From contig OZ037767.1 of assembly GCA_964035545.1 (NCBI GenBank), positions 30,582,628-30,646,627 on the forward strand: 64,000 nucleotides of DNA, written 5' to 3'. Positions 1 through 21,500 of this stretch are shown in pieces (positions within the stretch are counted from its first letter, which is position 1; the number at the start of each line of letters is the position of its first letter). Source of the DNA: Bugula neritina. Its lineage: Eukaryota > Animalia > Bryozoa. Under the pieces are notes generated by a model. That model saw only the letters and a program-made list of their open reading frames with translations, had not been told where the DNA came from and did no database searches. The position numbers and the translations under genes were made by a program.

Positions 1-63
1 AATTGCAGATTAATTAACACTCATTGGTTGATCATCATATGGTGTAGTGTTCAAGGCTTGTGA

Positions 64-6256
<6,193 letters not shown>

Positions 6257-7065
6257 TCTCCCGGCTGGTAGCTGAACAGCCCGCAGTTTGCTCTCTCAAT
6301 CACGTAGAAACCAGGCTATACAGCTGTTTTGGGTTCTATAAAATTATATTTTGTTGTGTAGGCAATATTTATATTAACATTATACAAAGATTCTATCTGC
6401 GAGCAGTTAATAGCCTAAACTGTTTCTACAGTGATGTAAGGACAGAAAGAGAGTAACAATGCATGCTGGGTAATAATATAATATAATACCATTGCAATAT
6501 AATAGCAGAAAGGCATTATGTTGATTATCTAATCTTTTGACAGTTGGCTCAACATATAAATCCTTTAGGTTTTATGGTGCAACACTGGTTCTGTGTACTT
6601 ATCCCTGTATAGATTAAAAAATTTAATTCATGAATTCAAAAATTTCTGTCAAGTCTGCAGTTTCTGCCAGTTTATGTGATCAGTATTACCTAATTTTACC
6701 TGCATACGCGTAATATGCAAGAATTGTTATGTATTTACTTAGCATGCAAGCGCTTTAGCCCTTTATATGTACAATCTAATTGCATGCCATCTACTTTAGC
6801 TGTAACTATTGTTGGTTATACTGCTGCAGTTTCCCCGCTCATGTTAGAATTTATATATTTTTATATAAAATATTTGACTTGGTAATGTAGTTACAGTACT
6901 GTATAGGCACACCATGTGTGAACCGCATTATTGTTGGCGCTTAATGTACAAAATTTCAAAATGTTGTATTAATTTTTGCCTCATTTTGTTGAGTTATCAT
7001 TTTTAAAGTTGACGATTTTAATAAAGTATTTGCTTTTTAGCAGTTCTAATATATGTCTTTATACA

Positions 7066-7138
7066 CTCTGTCATACCAAGTACTACTCTATCATACCAAG
7101 TACTACTCTGTCATATACCAAGTACTACTCTGTCATAG
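7066..7138 (+). repeat. Short 20-22-bp tandem repeat (TACTCTGTCATACCAAGTAC), 3-4 copies
   Basis: Tandem units read directly from the sequence. Confidence 0.7.
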
Positions 7139-10100
7139 TGAGTAGTACTCAATCACAAAGCATATTGACTATAAATATAGCCCAATAAATATGTCAATAA
7201 CAAAAAGTGCATAATTCAGTTGAAGTCAGGTAAGGGTCATCTGAATTATTACATCTTGTAATTTGCATGTATTTTCCTCTGTAGCAAATCTTCACATATA
7301 ATATGCTGCTTTGCTTTGCAAATCAACAGCTATCTACTTAGCCTAAAATCTTATAAAACTTCCATATTACTTGCTAGAGACATATAAAAGAGTATTTGTA
7401 AATAAAAAGCTAAGGCTAGGATTGACCACCTCAATAAAAGTTCATTGGCTGATGTAACATGCAAATCTTAGTATGTAGATTTTGTTCCTAACTCTGTATA
7501 ATATTAATAATTCATAAATCTATGCATAGATATGAAGTTGAATATTTTCTGTCTATTAGCATGCTGCTTCCTAGTTCTGGTATGTGTGTGGGTGTTCTAA
7601 AGAATCACTATCAAGTCTTTGTCCAAGGAACAAACTTGACTGCCCTAAATTACTATAAGCAACCTACAAAGCATCTACAGCTCAATTCAGCTGATGGGTG
7701 GTAGCAGGTATAGTTGGTTAAATGTAAAAACAAATATGAACAATGGTCTCTATATACTTTAACTTGTGTCGTATAATCTTCTCCCCTCAACATGTTATAT
7801 AATTTACAAATTATCAGCAGTTTCTGTGACTAGATATTTCTTCAAAAAAATTATAATTGAAGCCTATTCTTGCCTGCAAATTTGGCCTATAAGTTTGACA
7901 AAAATGCTTTTGCCATTTCACAAAACAAATCTTGAATCTTTTAATTATAGAAGTCCATTTTTGGCAGAACACTTCCATTTCTGACTAGCATAGCACCATA
8001 TTTCTTATATATGAAGAAAAAAGGACTAATCTAATGCCATAATTTTATATCTTTAATGGCTCAGAAATCACAGCTTTTTGCTCATAGCTGCTTCTGATTT
8101 ACTCTTGAGTCATAAACTCGCAGCAAATGTAAAATGATAATTGGCAATTATCCACTAGTTTTCTCACTAGGATCTTTTAGGAAAAAATAAGATGCAGTCA
8201 TGTAAGATTATGCAGTAATGTTTAGAGCTTCAAAGCCATTCCAAGGGGTTATATTTCAATGGCTTAGAATCTCAAAGCTTTTATGGCTTTTGATTTTACA
8301 CATTTGCCACCAAAACTTGTAGCCTAAATACTTCAAACTTATTTTCATATTAAAGAGCCAGTCATCTATGAAACCAAAAATTTGCCAAGACAAGATTTCA
8401 AACTTATATACTATACCTTCAGATTTGTGATTAAAAGCCAGTTCTAAACTCTACTTAGATCAACGCAATTTCTTTTCCAATCTTTTGTGTAGAGTTTTAG
8501 TAAGTAATAATGTTAATATTTGCTAGGTGGGTAGTTTGTGGTGTATGTTGTGTAATTGTGAACATAACTTTTATAGGAAAAGTGAGCAAGTAACAGGATC
8601 TTCAGAATGCTTATTTTATTATATAGATGAGTCTTAGAAATATGTCATGAGAAAAGTGAGACTCACAGAAATATATATATATCTCTGAGATATTAATTTT
8701 AGATGCTTTTAGATAAAATATTTAATGCATGGCTATGTCACTGTATAAGTAACTGTATTATTCTAAAAAGCCTTTGATATTTCCTTAATTTAGGTTAACA
8801 GGTTCTTTGGTTATAAATAAGGGCAGAATATTTGAACTTCTTCCAATAGAATAAAAGGTTAAAAGCAAGAATTTAGGCTAACTTGTTATGCATTGTACTA
8901 ATATAGCAAATTAACATTCCAATGTTTATACATGATGAAATGAAAATCTTTACGTGATATGCCACTTTGCTGCATACAGACTATAATAGCCAATAAATCT
9001 TAAGCTGTTAACAATCACATGGGTAGATTGTTTATTAATGTACGTACATCTTGTCATGTTCACCTCTACAAATCCGCTCTAAACATGATATGATGTTATA
9101 AAATAATGCAGAATTGTAAAACTTGTAGGTTAATATTGGCTCTTCTAAAGTTAAATAGACGCTGTTGACTTTTTTAAATTTTTGCATAATACATTCCATG
9201 TTTGCAAAAAAACAAGCATTATTAGAAAAATAGTTTGAAACATGAAAAATTCAGATTAAAGTAACTTTAGATTAATTATTCTGCAGCTCATAAGAAGTTG
9301 TCTTCTTTTATAAAAGTTGAGGCCTGCCATAAGTCATGTATAAATTTATTATTAATTGTCCTTTACAGCAGCTTAATCATTTTTATGATGCATTTAAATC
9401 TTAAGTTGGGGCTTTTAGCGGTGTTTTATATACCATGCCAGCTAACACTGAAGGCGATTGGCACAGTTAAACACACCCATCAAAGCTTTAACCATCTGGG
9501 GACACCTTGATATATTAGCTGTTATGCTATTAGCTTGGAAGCAGGTGTGTAATCGAAGAATTTCAAAAAGTAGGTATATTTTGACAAAGAAAGCTGCAGT
9601 GAAAGAAGTTATGCCTTGAGCACAGTATACATTGCAAACAATTGATTCTAAATGGAGAGAACTTAAGGTCTGCTATCAGTAGAATGCTTGCGACAACTGA
9701 ACACATGGCCAGTTTCGCAAAGACATAGACAATTGGCTCCAAGTCTGCATATTTAATCATCTGCTTTCTGCCAGGATAGGCTATTCAACTTTGGCACAGC
9801 TACTACGGAATATTTTTTATTCTGGTATGCTATTGTAGATGTCAAATTCCTGTAAACACAATATGAAAAGTGATCAATTTTTTACATTTTGTTTACAAAA
9901 ATTTGACATGCTACAGTGTAAAGTATTTTATAATAGAGCTATGGGTCAACTAACAGCTTGGTTAGAGTTCACTGTGTTACGGAGGATAGAGTGCCAAGAA
10001 TATGATAGAGCTACATAAGTTATATAAACATGTATCAAACACCATGCACCTCTTTCACTGTTCGGGCAACAGAAAGAGCTGGTTAAAAGGGCAAATCTTT

Positions 10101-11344
10101 TGCATGTTTTTGGATTCATTTTTTATTTTTCGAATGTTGGCTGTTTCTTTGGTCTTAAACTTTGGTCAGGTTGTTAGTTGGCTAGTTAGTTAGTAGGTCA
10201 ACTCTAATTTAATATCAGGTATATAACGTAGTGAATTGCAGACGGCAAAGTGAATTGCAGAAGACACAGTGACTTGCAGCCAATCCAGAATAGAAGGTGG
10301 GTGTAGACCACCAGTTTTACAGCCTTTCCACATATGAGAGAAGTCATATGTTGGACAAAGTTTACATCTCTGTGTCAAAAAGAAAGACTTTTCTTCTGCT
10401 TTAGTTACGGAGTTCTAAACTAGACAGCTTGCCGTGCAACAGCCAATGGTAGCCACAGCTTTTCTTACGTCATCTCTTTCTCCGTGAGTGGAACTGTAGC
10501 ATGATAATTTTATTACGTTATTGAGGCTGTATTAATTTGACTCCATAGTTACAATGAAGCTATACTTAATACGTGGGTGTGTCTTCGAGTGCATTCTAGC
10601 CAATGTTATTCCGCGAGCTCGATCACACACTTTATAAAAGCAGATTTTAATGGCTACACAGCATTTTAAATTCTATAACTGGATTGGTCTATAGACAAGA
10701 AATATTGCAAGACAACAGTTTTTAGCAGCACTAGCTCATGGGTCAAAGGATCTTACACATTATTTAGAAACATTTAAAGGTGAGAAGGTATCTGCTACTG
10801 GAATGTCGTCAATACATCGTATTAAATTATACACTAGTTCAACAATATTATAATATTACATTATAGTGTAAAATTATCTTATATTGTATTAACGTACAAT
10901 GACATATTACATTATATTATAGTAAGAGGTATAACATTATAATATTATACTATATAGTATAATTAATAATAATATGCTGCATTGTAGTATATAGCTTTTA
11001 ATATTATATTGTATAGTCTAATATCTTTCAATGTTGCTTTCCAAGCAGCTGTAAATTGACACAACTTCAAACTTTTACAGTCTGTTTTCAATCAACTTAT
11101 CTCACATCTTTTTCTCATTTGAAACTCCTGTGATCTTTCACTGAAGGGGTTATATAAATTGTTTAAGTTACTAAAACTTGTGCTACAAATTAAAGGAGCC
11201 CCAGCCTAACCAATGATAGATGTTGTATATGTAATAAAATGTAGTGTAGATACACAAGGCTAGATTGGCTTAGTGCTTAGTAGTTAGATTATGTAGCAAC
11301 TGAGCAGTTGTCTACATACAGTAAGTACTCCTTGCTATTTATAG

Positions 11345-11592
11345 GGTAGTAAGTAACAAGTAACCTAGGTAAGTAAAAGTAAGTAAAAGTAACCTAGGTA
11401 AGTAAAAGTAAGTAAAAGTAACCTAGGTAAGTAAAAGTAAGTAAAAGTAACCTAGGTAAGTAAAAGTAAGTAAAAGCAACCTAGGTAAGTAAAAGCAACC
11501 TAGGTAAGTAAAAGTAAGTAAAAGCAACCTAGGTAAGTAAAAGTAAGTAAAAGTAACCTAGGTAAGTAAAAGTAGCCTAGGTGTAAGTAAAA
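11345..11592 (+). repeat. 29-bp minisatellite AACCTAGGTAAGTAAAAGTAAGTAAAAGT, 8-9 copies, rich in GTAAGT
   Basis: Tandem units read directly from the sequence; about 15 GTAAGT hexamers. Confidence 0.9.
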
Positions 11593-12590
11593 CACTATCT
11601 GCTCAAATTAATCTGATCCTATGAACTGCCATGCCAGTAGAATTTGATTATGGAGCTCACAATTGGTGCAACTGAATACAGCATTGAATTGCTAATGTCA
11701 GTTTTTGACACCTCGTGCTATAACTAATTGTTCTCCCATAATGTAAAATGTCATCAAAACGCAATCTCCACTCAATTTAATGTGGTAATATTTGTTTAAG
11801 ACTGTTATGCTTGTCTCTTTCTTTTATGTAATCATTAGTTTTGAGTTTGAAGTAATGCCAAACTTGTAAACGTGCCCTATTACAACTTGAACTTTCCTGT
11901 AAAGCATTTACTCTGATAGTTATACCTGTAGCACATCTCTCTCTCTAACATAGCCTATACTACCAACTATATAGTAATTGACATATATAATATAGTAACC
12001 ATGTAGTATTTAATATAGTAGCCATGTAGTATTTAATACGCTATTATAACCATCAACACATTTATACTAATAAATATATTCACATATTACTAGTGCACAT
12101 GCATAAACATGTTTTTTAAATTTTTATAAAACATGACAAAATGTTGATATGGTGATTTCAATCTTGCATCGTCCACTTCTAAAGCATCAGCTTGGAGAAA
12201 TAAAACTACATTCAATCTTTTTCAGTGACTCTAACCCCATGCCAATATATTAAATTAGTAGCATGTGACTTTGCCAAGGGTTAATTTGTTGTAAAATGTC
12301 TTTCTATTTAGCTTAGGATTAAGTTTCAACTCATTTTGACTTGTATGTTTATAACTGGGGAGCTCCAGGGTGAGTATTTAGTACACAACTGTGTCTAGTT
12401 GACTTTTCCCAGATATATTCAACCCATGACAACCTGTTCTAAAAATAATGTGTGCCGTCTTTTAGATTTAACTCAGAACGGTTAAGCTGATAGAAATTAG
12501 GCTACTGATGCCTTCTAACTAACTCTGGTGGTATTTTAGCGGCAGAACTAAATGTTTGACTATTATGTGAAGAAGCAGAAACTGAACAAC

Positions 12591-15500
12591 ATGGACACCC
12601 TTTTTGCTTACAGAGTTATTGGACTGTTCTTGGCGCTCAGTTGGTCAGGTAAGAGCAACTGTATATATATATATATATATCGTGTTGTAAGCAGGTATAG
12701 TAAGTATAGTCATAGACAGCACATGAGTGTAATAGAAACATGTGCTGTTGAGTGAGTGCGTGTGTCATCATCCTCCATTATATGCATGGCTAGATGTAAT
12801 AAACTGGATTGTGTATATGCTTCGGGAGTTACTTACTATCGCCATTATATTTGCCAATGGCTTTACTCCCATTTTAAGAATTATTTACTTTAAAATCTCA
12901 CTCCCTATTCTCAATTGCAATAAAAGTGTAAAACTAAAACTAAAAAGTGGACTTTCTAAATAATACTTAGCCAGTTAGATCACTACCACAAAAACCTTTT
13001 GCTGTATTTGTTCAATATTAGCAACTGGCAACTTGTCAGTATATAGTCAATTTGCAACTGGTCAACTAGCAGCTGGTCAACTGGCACTTTCTAGACATCT
13101 TTGCGCAGACATTAAACAATTAATAACTAATTTGTCATCAAAGATAAATGTTTAAATTGTTTAATATTATTATAATACGTTGCTGTGTGAAATGTTAGAA
13201 ATGAGTTTATAATTAATTAGAAATCATTTCTGCAATTAATTTGATAGCTTTTTTCATAAAACTATGTGGATGAGACTGAACACAACTAATATAGAACATT
13301 CCTTTCTTGTCCCTCAGTAACATAATTAAAAAGTGTGAGGGTATTCATTGCTGCATTCTTGAAGCATTTTTAGTCTACCTCCTTCAAGAGCATACAATTT
13401 TTGTGTTGCAATCTAATAATTGAAAAATATAATTTGAACGGTGTTTTTAGCCTTAATCCAAACCGATAATTTACTTCTTGGCTGAGTTAGATATGGTATA
13501 TTTTAATGTAGCATTGGTAATACATTAAAGCATTGTCAGTCCCGCTGCTGTAACTGCTACTACTACTATAATACTACTACTACTACTATACTTCTACTGC
13601 TGCTGCTACTGTTACTGCTGCAGCTGCTACTGCTACTACTACTGCTACTACTACTATCATCAGGCACTGAATAGTGGTATTACTGTTAGTAGGCACAGAT
13701 CAAAGTTACTAAGTGGTGCTATGCTCTTTATCTTAAACGAGTGTTGTTTTTTTCTGGAGCTCCAATTCGATGACATGTGGAACCTATCACACATTGCAGT
13801 TGCTGTATCTGTCTAGGCCTTGTCACAATATTTGTATTGAAAGTAAAGAATTGCAACAGCTGGTAACACGGATAAGAGTCATTTGACAATCAGACAGGGT
13901 TAATTAATCAAAATTTAGTTTAGACCTTCTGTGTAAACACATACTATACGCAGACATTTAACTAGTAACTTGAAATTCAGGCTTTGATCAAATGGAAAGA
14001 CACGTTTTATTTTCATAAAATACCTAATGTGAAGATTCAAATAAATTTGAGCATTTTCACTACATTTTGGAAGTCTATGAGAGTTTTCTTTGTACTTTTA
14101 TTTATTCAAAGTTACACGAATTTCTTGCGAGACCAAAAAGTATGTATGGTTATGACTAGTTGGTTTCTACGATTTTTGTGGAAATTTATATTTAATATAT
14201 TAAAATTACATAGTATATATGTAAATATACTAGAATATAATATAATTTACATTATATATATTATACATATTTGAAAGTTTATAATAATATGTTCCAGAAA
14301 ATCAAAAGACAATAAAAGCGTTTGTTCAGTTAGTACCGAGAAAGTGTTTGGCTACCGTATGATAAATTGACACTATTTTAACTAATTAATAATTAAAAGT
14401 ACAAGGCAAGTTGGCTTCTTTCTGTATACTCAAACTAATTTATGTTATATCTTACAAATGCAAGTCAGGTCCTTTTGAAACAGATATAGAGATAAGTATG
14501 TAGGGCATTGTGAGTTAGCATAAACTATAATGACCTTTAAAATCAGTTCTAAAATCTAACTGACTGAAAAGGAAGGCATTGTTCCTTTTCTGTTCATAAA
14601 AGATTGAACTAAACTTGACTGTTGCATTTGGCGACACATCTGTCATTTGTTTTAATCAGACCCGAAGCATCTTGAGTGTTTCGAGTCATGCACGGAACTG
14701 CTGCGTTGACTGTTACCTTTTATTATGCGAATTACTATGGCATTTATTCAAACAGAGTCATGCAAAGGAAATCATGCTGCTAGGGTCTGTGCCAATATCA
14801 ATCCTATCAACTAGTTCTCAGTGCCAGCGCTTAGTTTTTTAAAATAAAAGTGAACTTGACGTTCTCAAGACTTCTGACCTGGATATTGCCGTGTTATTTA
14901 GATATTATGTAATTGTTGTGAGTGACAGCAACTGTTGTACAAATATAGCCAAAGCCACAATCAGTAAATCGAGTTAACAAAGAACTTTCTGGAATAAGAC
15001 AAACAAATGGTGGTCAAACAGACAGACAGACTTGTAAAGAGGTAGAAAAGAAAAGTTCAAACTATGCCATATAATATGAGCTAATAAAAAGCAGCTTTTA
15101 CAAGCAATCGTGGCTTTGTGTGTTTTTATTATTTAGAATTTTCACTCCAAGTCTTCAAAATATAAATTAGAAGAATTAATGCTAAAATAGTTTGCGTATA
15201 AACTACTGAAAACTATTAACACTCTGAATGAAGTTGAACGGCAGAGAGTAAAATTGGACGACTGCCAGAAAAATAAAAGTTACATTCTATTTTTGTACTA
15301 TAAACGGATTTGTACTTCAATACTGAACTTAATTACACTAAATTGATTAGCAATCATAGCTCTTATATATAATATCTACTAGGATAATAGCAAAGGTAAT
15401 TATTCCAAATATTAGCTAAAATGTGAAATGTTATCAACTGCATGCCTTATGCTATAAAATATTTTTTATAGCCAAGTAAAGGATGGCTGAATTTATTTAG

Positions 15501-18500
15501 AAATGCCTGGATGTGTTTTAGAAACATTTTATATTTGGATGGAAAGGTTACCCCACCACCCTATAGGTCACAAGTATTTTGATTAAGAAACTTAGGCTAA
15601 ATATTTTTTATTTATATCTTAAAAGCAGATGCTTCTCTTTGCAAGTTCATTGAAATATAAAGGGGCTAATAAAGCTGAATATCACATATGTATGCCAAAC
15701 TTGTAACATATTATTAAATAATAATTGTTAATTGTAGAATAAAAATAGAACTCTGAGAGTTTACACAGGTGAATGTATAGACAACATGCTCTGAAAAACT
15801 GTTAACCATTGCACTCTGCAGGATAAATATACAACATACATGCTTGTGTGTATTTATAGTATTATAATATTATAATATTACACAATTATTTGCCTCGTGC
15901 AGGGCAGATTGGATGTCGTGCAAACAGCAACCATTATTTGTTACACACTTCATTTTTGTAAATATTCAATAGTTACGTAAAATGTACTTAGTCATTCTTT
16001 CTGTTATAAAAACTACATGTTTCTATCAAATCTACTTCACACTTAAAAGAGTAATTGAACATGTAGTAATAGAATTAACTTTCGGCCTTTGAGCCGTAGT
16101 TATAAATATAGCATGTTCTCTAAGGCCATAAACATTTACCAAGCTGTAAGATAAACACTGAGCTATAAAACTAGCTAGAAGTATGTGGGGGTGTTTACAC
16201 AGTGGGTTGTTAAGGAATGGAAATTGATACATATACAAGTATTTGAACTATTAGCTTTAGACATATGTTGCACTCTGCAGGGGTTATAAATGGTTTGGTA
16301 ACTTTAGCCCGGCATCTATGCAAAAAATTTACATGTGAGGGGCTGTGCAAACAGCTCCCCACCCAGTTGGCTGGGTGTCAATGTTTGAACAAATTTGTAC
16401 ACATATTTTATAGGCCCAGGTCCAAGAATTTATTGGAAATAATACTAATTAAAACTTGGCTAGAACTTGTCATCTATTCTTTCTTTGAAGTCAAAATGTA
16501 ATTCTTTGTATAATAGATGAGGTAATAACAGTCCTTTGTGACTGTCTGTACTAAGGGGACATAAATTCTAATATCTTAGAACTCTATTAAAAGGACTCAA
16601 CTTGACCACACCTTAACAAAAACCAAAGCCATTAACTAAGTTGATTTTCTGATGACTTCTCTTTTTTCTTCATCCTGTTTCAATGGCTGATGAATTTAGG
16701 TGTGAAATTTTTGATAGGTGTGATTGAATATATATCATATATCAATATATATGATATATTATGGTATATGATATATATTATATATATATATAGTTATCAT
16801 GTATGTATGAGTTATTGCCTGTATAGTTTTTCATACAAAATTTTTACACGTTGTAAAACACTTTTTGAAACTTGGTTGTGGGCCTCACACAGGCATTGTA
16901 GAAGTAAAACAATGTAAGTTTTATAGTTTTTTAATGTTTTATTTACAAATTTTCACAAGTTTTGCAAGTTTTCAGATATAATGACTTTATTCAAAAAAAT
17001 CTATAAAACTTTTGGCCAGTTTTATTTAGCTTTAGATAAACGGTCGTTGGAAAAAAAACTTCATTTGCTCCTCTAACCCGTCTTCTTTCCCTAAAGAATG
17101 GCACAACCTTTTGCCAATAGACTAGCGTGAGATATATTGCTTTCAACAGACCTTGTAGAAAGTCGGTTAGATGGTAGACTTAAGAGAGCACATCCTGGTT
17201 AGTTTGCGGAAAAAGCGAGTGAATTATTCGGAATGTAATTTTATTTTTCGTGATGTCATACATCCTTTAATTGTAATAAAAAGTCTGGCCATGTTTGTTG
17301 CCAGCTGGCTACTAATAAATACTTGAAAAGTTGCTGCAGAATATTTCACAGGTGCCGTATGTAACCTGTAACAGTTGCAGAGACTAAATACCTGGCCCCT
17401 GGGTCATACCATGTCTAATTATTAGAATAATCAGTAATAACTGTATTTGATTTCACTGTATAATAATGATTAGAGACTGATAACTCTAATGTGCTACAGG
17501 TAGGTCAGTATATGACGCTACTGTAGGGGTAATAAATAGACAACATGTTCAGGTAATTACAACCAATATTGTTACCAGTGGATAGAATACACTTACTCTG
17601 GACGTACCTTGAACTAATTATATACAATAATACAAAGCAGAAGTACTCATGCTTCAAACAGTTTTTCACTCACTTGTTTCTGAGGTATAATAGTGTTATA
17701 GGGTACACTTAGAAACTGTTTTATGTTTAGCCGCGAGCATTGTATAGAAAACTAGAGTAGTTTTTGAGATTTTGCCGGAAAAGTATTGAACAGATTAATT
17801 TGTATCATGATTCACTGGCAGCTTCGGTTGTAACAGTTTAAACTGTTTTATTTAAACCAGCTTCCAAAAACTTTTTCTCAGCAATTTTATTTGATATTAG
17901 ATTCCAGATTGTCAGGTTTAAGCAATTATAATCAATTCAACTTTTGAAATTAATAACACTTGTACTTGAATACAAAGTTATAATCGCTAACGATTAAAAA
18001 AACAAAGACTGTTTTTCAGCAGATATAGCCATCCAGAAAGCCGCACTAATAGCTTTGTACTTCCGATTATAGAGATATGACATGTTATATAATTTTAAAT
18101 CTGCAGATGGAAAAATATTTTCTATTGTCTTCACTTTTGAATCAATCTCCCACCGTCGCATTAGCTAGGTGCAACACGTAAATGGCAGCCTATTTTACGT
18201 TACATAATATTATCTGCTATTGAATTAATCCCCGCCAGCAATCCCCTATTGGATAAAGTGACTATGAGGGCATTTACAGCTGCTAGATTAAAAGTTATGA
18301 ATATGATAATAATGTATGGTCTGATCCAGTCAGATGTCTTCTATCAAATGGTTCACCATAATCCAATAGAAGCCACACTAATTCCTTTATGGTAAACATT
18401 TTCAAGGACAAGTACCAGACAAGCAAATGCATGCATTTTGAAAAAGATTTTTTAATTACTTGAGGTTTTTGCATTTAATGCCCCTTGAATTTTATGGTGT

Positions 18501-21500
18501 CTCCATGTTATGTTGCTTCAGCTCATATATTTAACATAGAGTTTGTATTGCAGGCAAATTAATAACGGCAGAATCTTGCGAGGGCTTCTCCGCATCACCC
18601 GTCACCGTGCCAGTCCACTGCATTGTCAACGCAAGCCGACCATCTACTTGTAGATTTACATTTGCTGATCAAAACTGTGGTAAGTCATTTTATAGTAAGT
18701 TAACTTCTGGATGTAAAAACTAACATTAGGTTGATTCATTTAGTAGAAAAGTGTTAGTTTTATGGAAATCTGTCGCTATATGGTACTCTAGTTTGCTGTT
18801 AAATGTTATATAAATAGAAAACTTAGGGCTTTAGAAGATTCCTCTGCAAATTTGAAGTGAAATAATGGAGTCCAACATTTTTTCTTGTGTTTTGGTGTTT
18901 ATATAGTTGGTGTTGGATGTGTTCTAGGGCGAGGAGTGAGGTTAGAGTACTACACCAACTGTCCAACTTTGGCAAGACAGTGCTGTAGGCCGTGTCCTCA
19001 CAAGGTGATCATAGAACCGGACTGCACAGCAGACTATTGCATTTATGGTGCCTATACTCCCGGACTACTGTACAATGGTATGTGAAACTCACTTTATTCA
19101 AAATAAGCAAATATTTTCAAGTTATCTTCCCGTGCAAGAGTCACATTTATTCATGCTTTATAAGAAATTGATAGAAACAGCTAATCAATTGTAATAAATA
19201 TAATATGACTTCAATATAGTATTATTGTGTTTAAAATATATGTAGCAAAGTTTGACTACAATCTACATACAAGTTTTTCTTTCTTCTGCAAACTAAATAT
19301 GCACGAAATTGTATCATCCAATACTTTGAGTTACAAACTTTTTAAAAATTCAAAACAGCTTATAGATGCATCAATTTGAAATGAGGAATTAGTTAAAATA
19401 GAATTGTAAATTTTCACTTTTAATGATGGTTCGCTGAATTTTTCTGCTAAAAGAAATGTTTGGAAAATATTTCTGGTTTCAAATAATATAATTGAAGTTG
19501 TAGCAGGGCAAGCAAGCATTAGATGATTATATTTAAATAGTGTTCAACATGGGTAGGTGGTAGCCTATCGCTAAAAGTTGAGAAGTAGCGTATTTGTTAA
19601 AATAAAGTGATGGGGTGTATATTACTAGCAAATAAAAAATTTTTACCTATTCTAAAGCTTTTATCTCAAAATTTGGCACCTGAATGCTTTTATAAAACAG
19701 AAAGTTATTTTATTGAACCTATCAGAAAGACTGTATTGTGTCGGTTTCTCAACTCAAACTACGTTTGATAATTTTTGATATAAAAAATATGATCACTTAT
19801 ATAGAAAGTGATAACAGCGTGCAATGAGGTTTTACAGCTCAAATAAGTCAACAAATCAATAAAATTTAATAATCTTCACTTTAACATGACACAAGCAGCA
19901 AAATGCACTGAAAGTTAACTGCAAGCTCATGTTGAACTTAACACAATTGCAGTCTGTGTAACTGTTTCTATTAAAGTCGGAAGTAAAGTCTAGAAATAGC
20001 TAATAACTTTAACTCTTTCCTGATGTCTTAAGCTGACAAATGATGTTTTCCTCTCGGGAGGAAATGAGAGCTCATGACCGGAGACATGGATATGTCAGAC
20101 AAATACTCTCTATACTTAATTGAATAGCGAATAGTGAAACACTTAAACTATTTAAAGAGTGATTATACTAAATGATAGGAAAAAGAAAATAAAACTACCT
20201 GAAGATAGGGTAAATACTTTGTGGGTAAACTATAAATATATGTAGAATGCAGGCTGTAGGGTTACCTCTGGAATGTGCAAATAATACTAAACATGGTTAT
20301 TAAATTTATATCATTATGTGATATCTGGTTACACTTTCTGGTTTCCTGATTTTTTCCAATTATACTGAAATATGTAGTAAACACAGCAACACTGCATCAT
20401 AATTGGAATGTCGACAAGGCTGTTTTACCTCAGAAAATAGTCATTTCTGAGCAGAACTAAATAATGGTTAGCTTATTTTCATGACTAACAGTTTTGTGAG
20501 AGGTACCTTCATTTTACAAAACTCTGTTGATCATTAACTTTGAGCTTTTAAACATTTACATCTATTTTGTGAATAATATTATGACTAACTAGTTAATGCA
20601 ATATATTATCTGTACCTTGTTTGCAGTGAGTGACTGCACGTACATAGCCAACCGCTGGAGTGGGTGTCATTCTGAAGTTCTCTTAAGGCAGAGGGAGGAT
20701 CCATTGTTGGTGCCGCTAGGGGGCGCACCTGCCCACTGTTCTCCAACAAATACTTTACAGAAGGTCTGCACCAAAGAAGGTTTGAAACTAAACTGCTAGT
20801 CTCTCTTTTACATTTTAATTTGAGTAGACCAGCTGCACATTAATTTTTCAAGTCTGCGTCATAGACGCAATGCTTGGCATTATTATAAGACAAAAGTGTC
20901 TCGTCAATCTTATAAAGTGATGTGTCTAAATTTTGGCCACCATAACCTGTTATTGTTTTACCAAATGCTTTTCCTACCATACAATTTCTGTAAAAACTTG
21001 GATATATGTTCTTGCTTTGCTCATTCAGCTACTTGATTATAAGAACAAGTTTTGTTTCAGAGGTGGACCCAAATGACCCTTCTGATCCAATAGCTATCTT
21101 AACTTCAAGAGACCCAAAGCCTGGCCCAGCTTCACCTTCAACACTCAAAAGTGTCATTACTGAAAAGAAGGAGTTTGTCAACTCAACAAACAGTCAGCAA
21201 GATTGCTCATACAGCTCAGCCTCTACTTGGTCAAGCTGTCACCATAAAACTCAGACCAGACGGCTTACTAGACAACTCAGCCCGAGCTCAGACCCTGAAA
21301 AATGTGAGGCAACTAAAACAGAAACTAGACCTTGCTTTACTAAAGGGGGCAAAGGTAGGCACTAGTTTAAATGTGATTTTACCTTCATCTCGCTTTTGAT
21401 TGGTGAACTACATAGTGTTAATACTCAACAGCAAAAACCCATTTAAAGATTCATAATTGCTTATTTGGAAAAATTCAACATGAGTTATGTTTTGTTTTTG

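Noticed and set aside
6400-11300. Short ORFs in AT-rich intergenic DNA (also 22500-26700 and 37300-41300)
   Set aside because: No recognisable motifs or consistent exon chains. Decayed repeats may be present but could not be supported by eye.
21151-21399. 82-aa ORF overlapping a pleiotrophin-like exon in another frame
   Set aside because: An alternative frame of a real exon with a non-ATG start; the Cys/Trp motif frame fits the splice phases.
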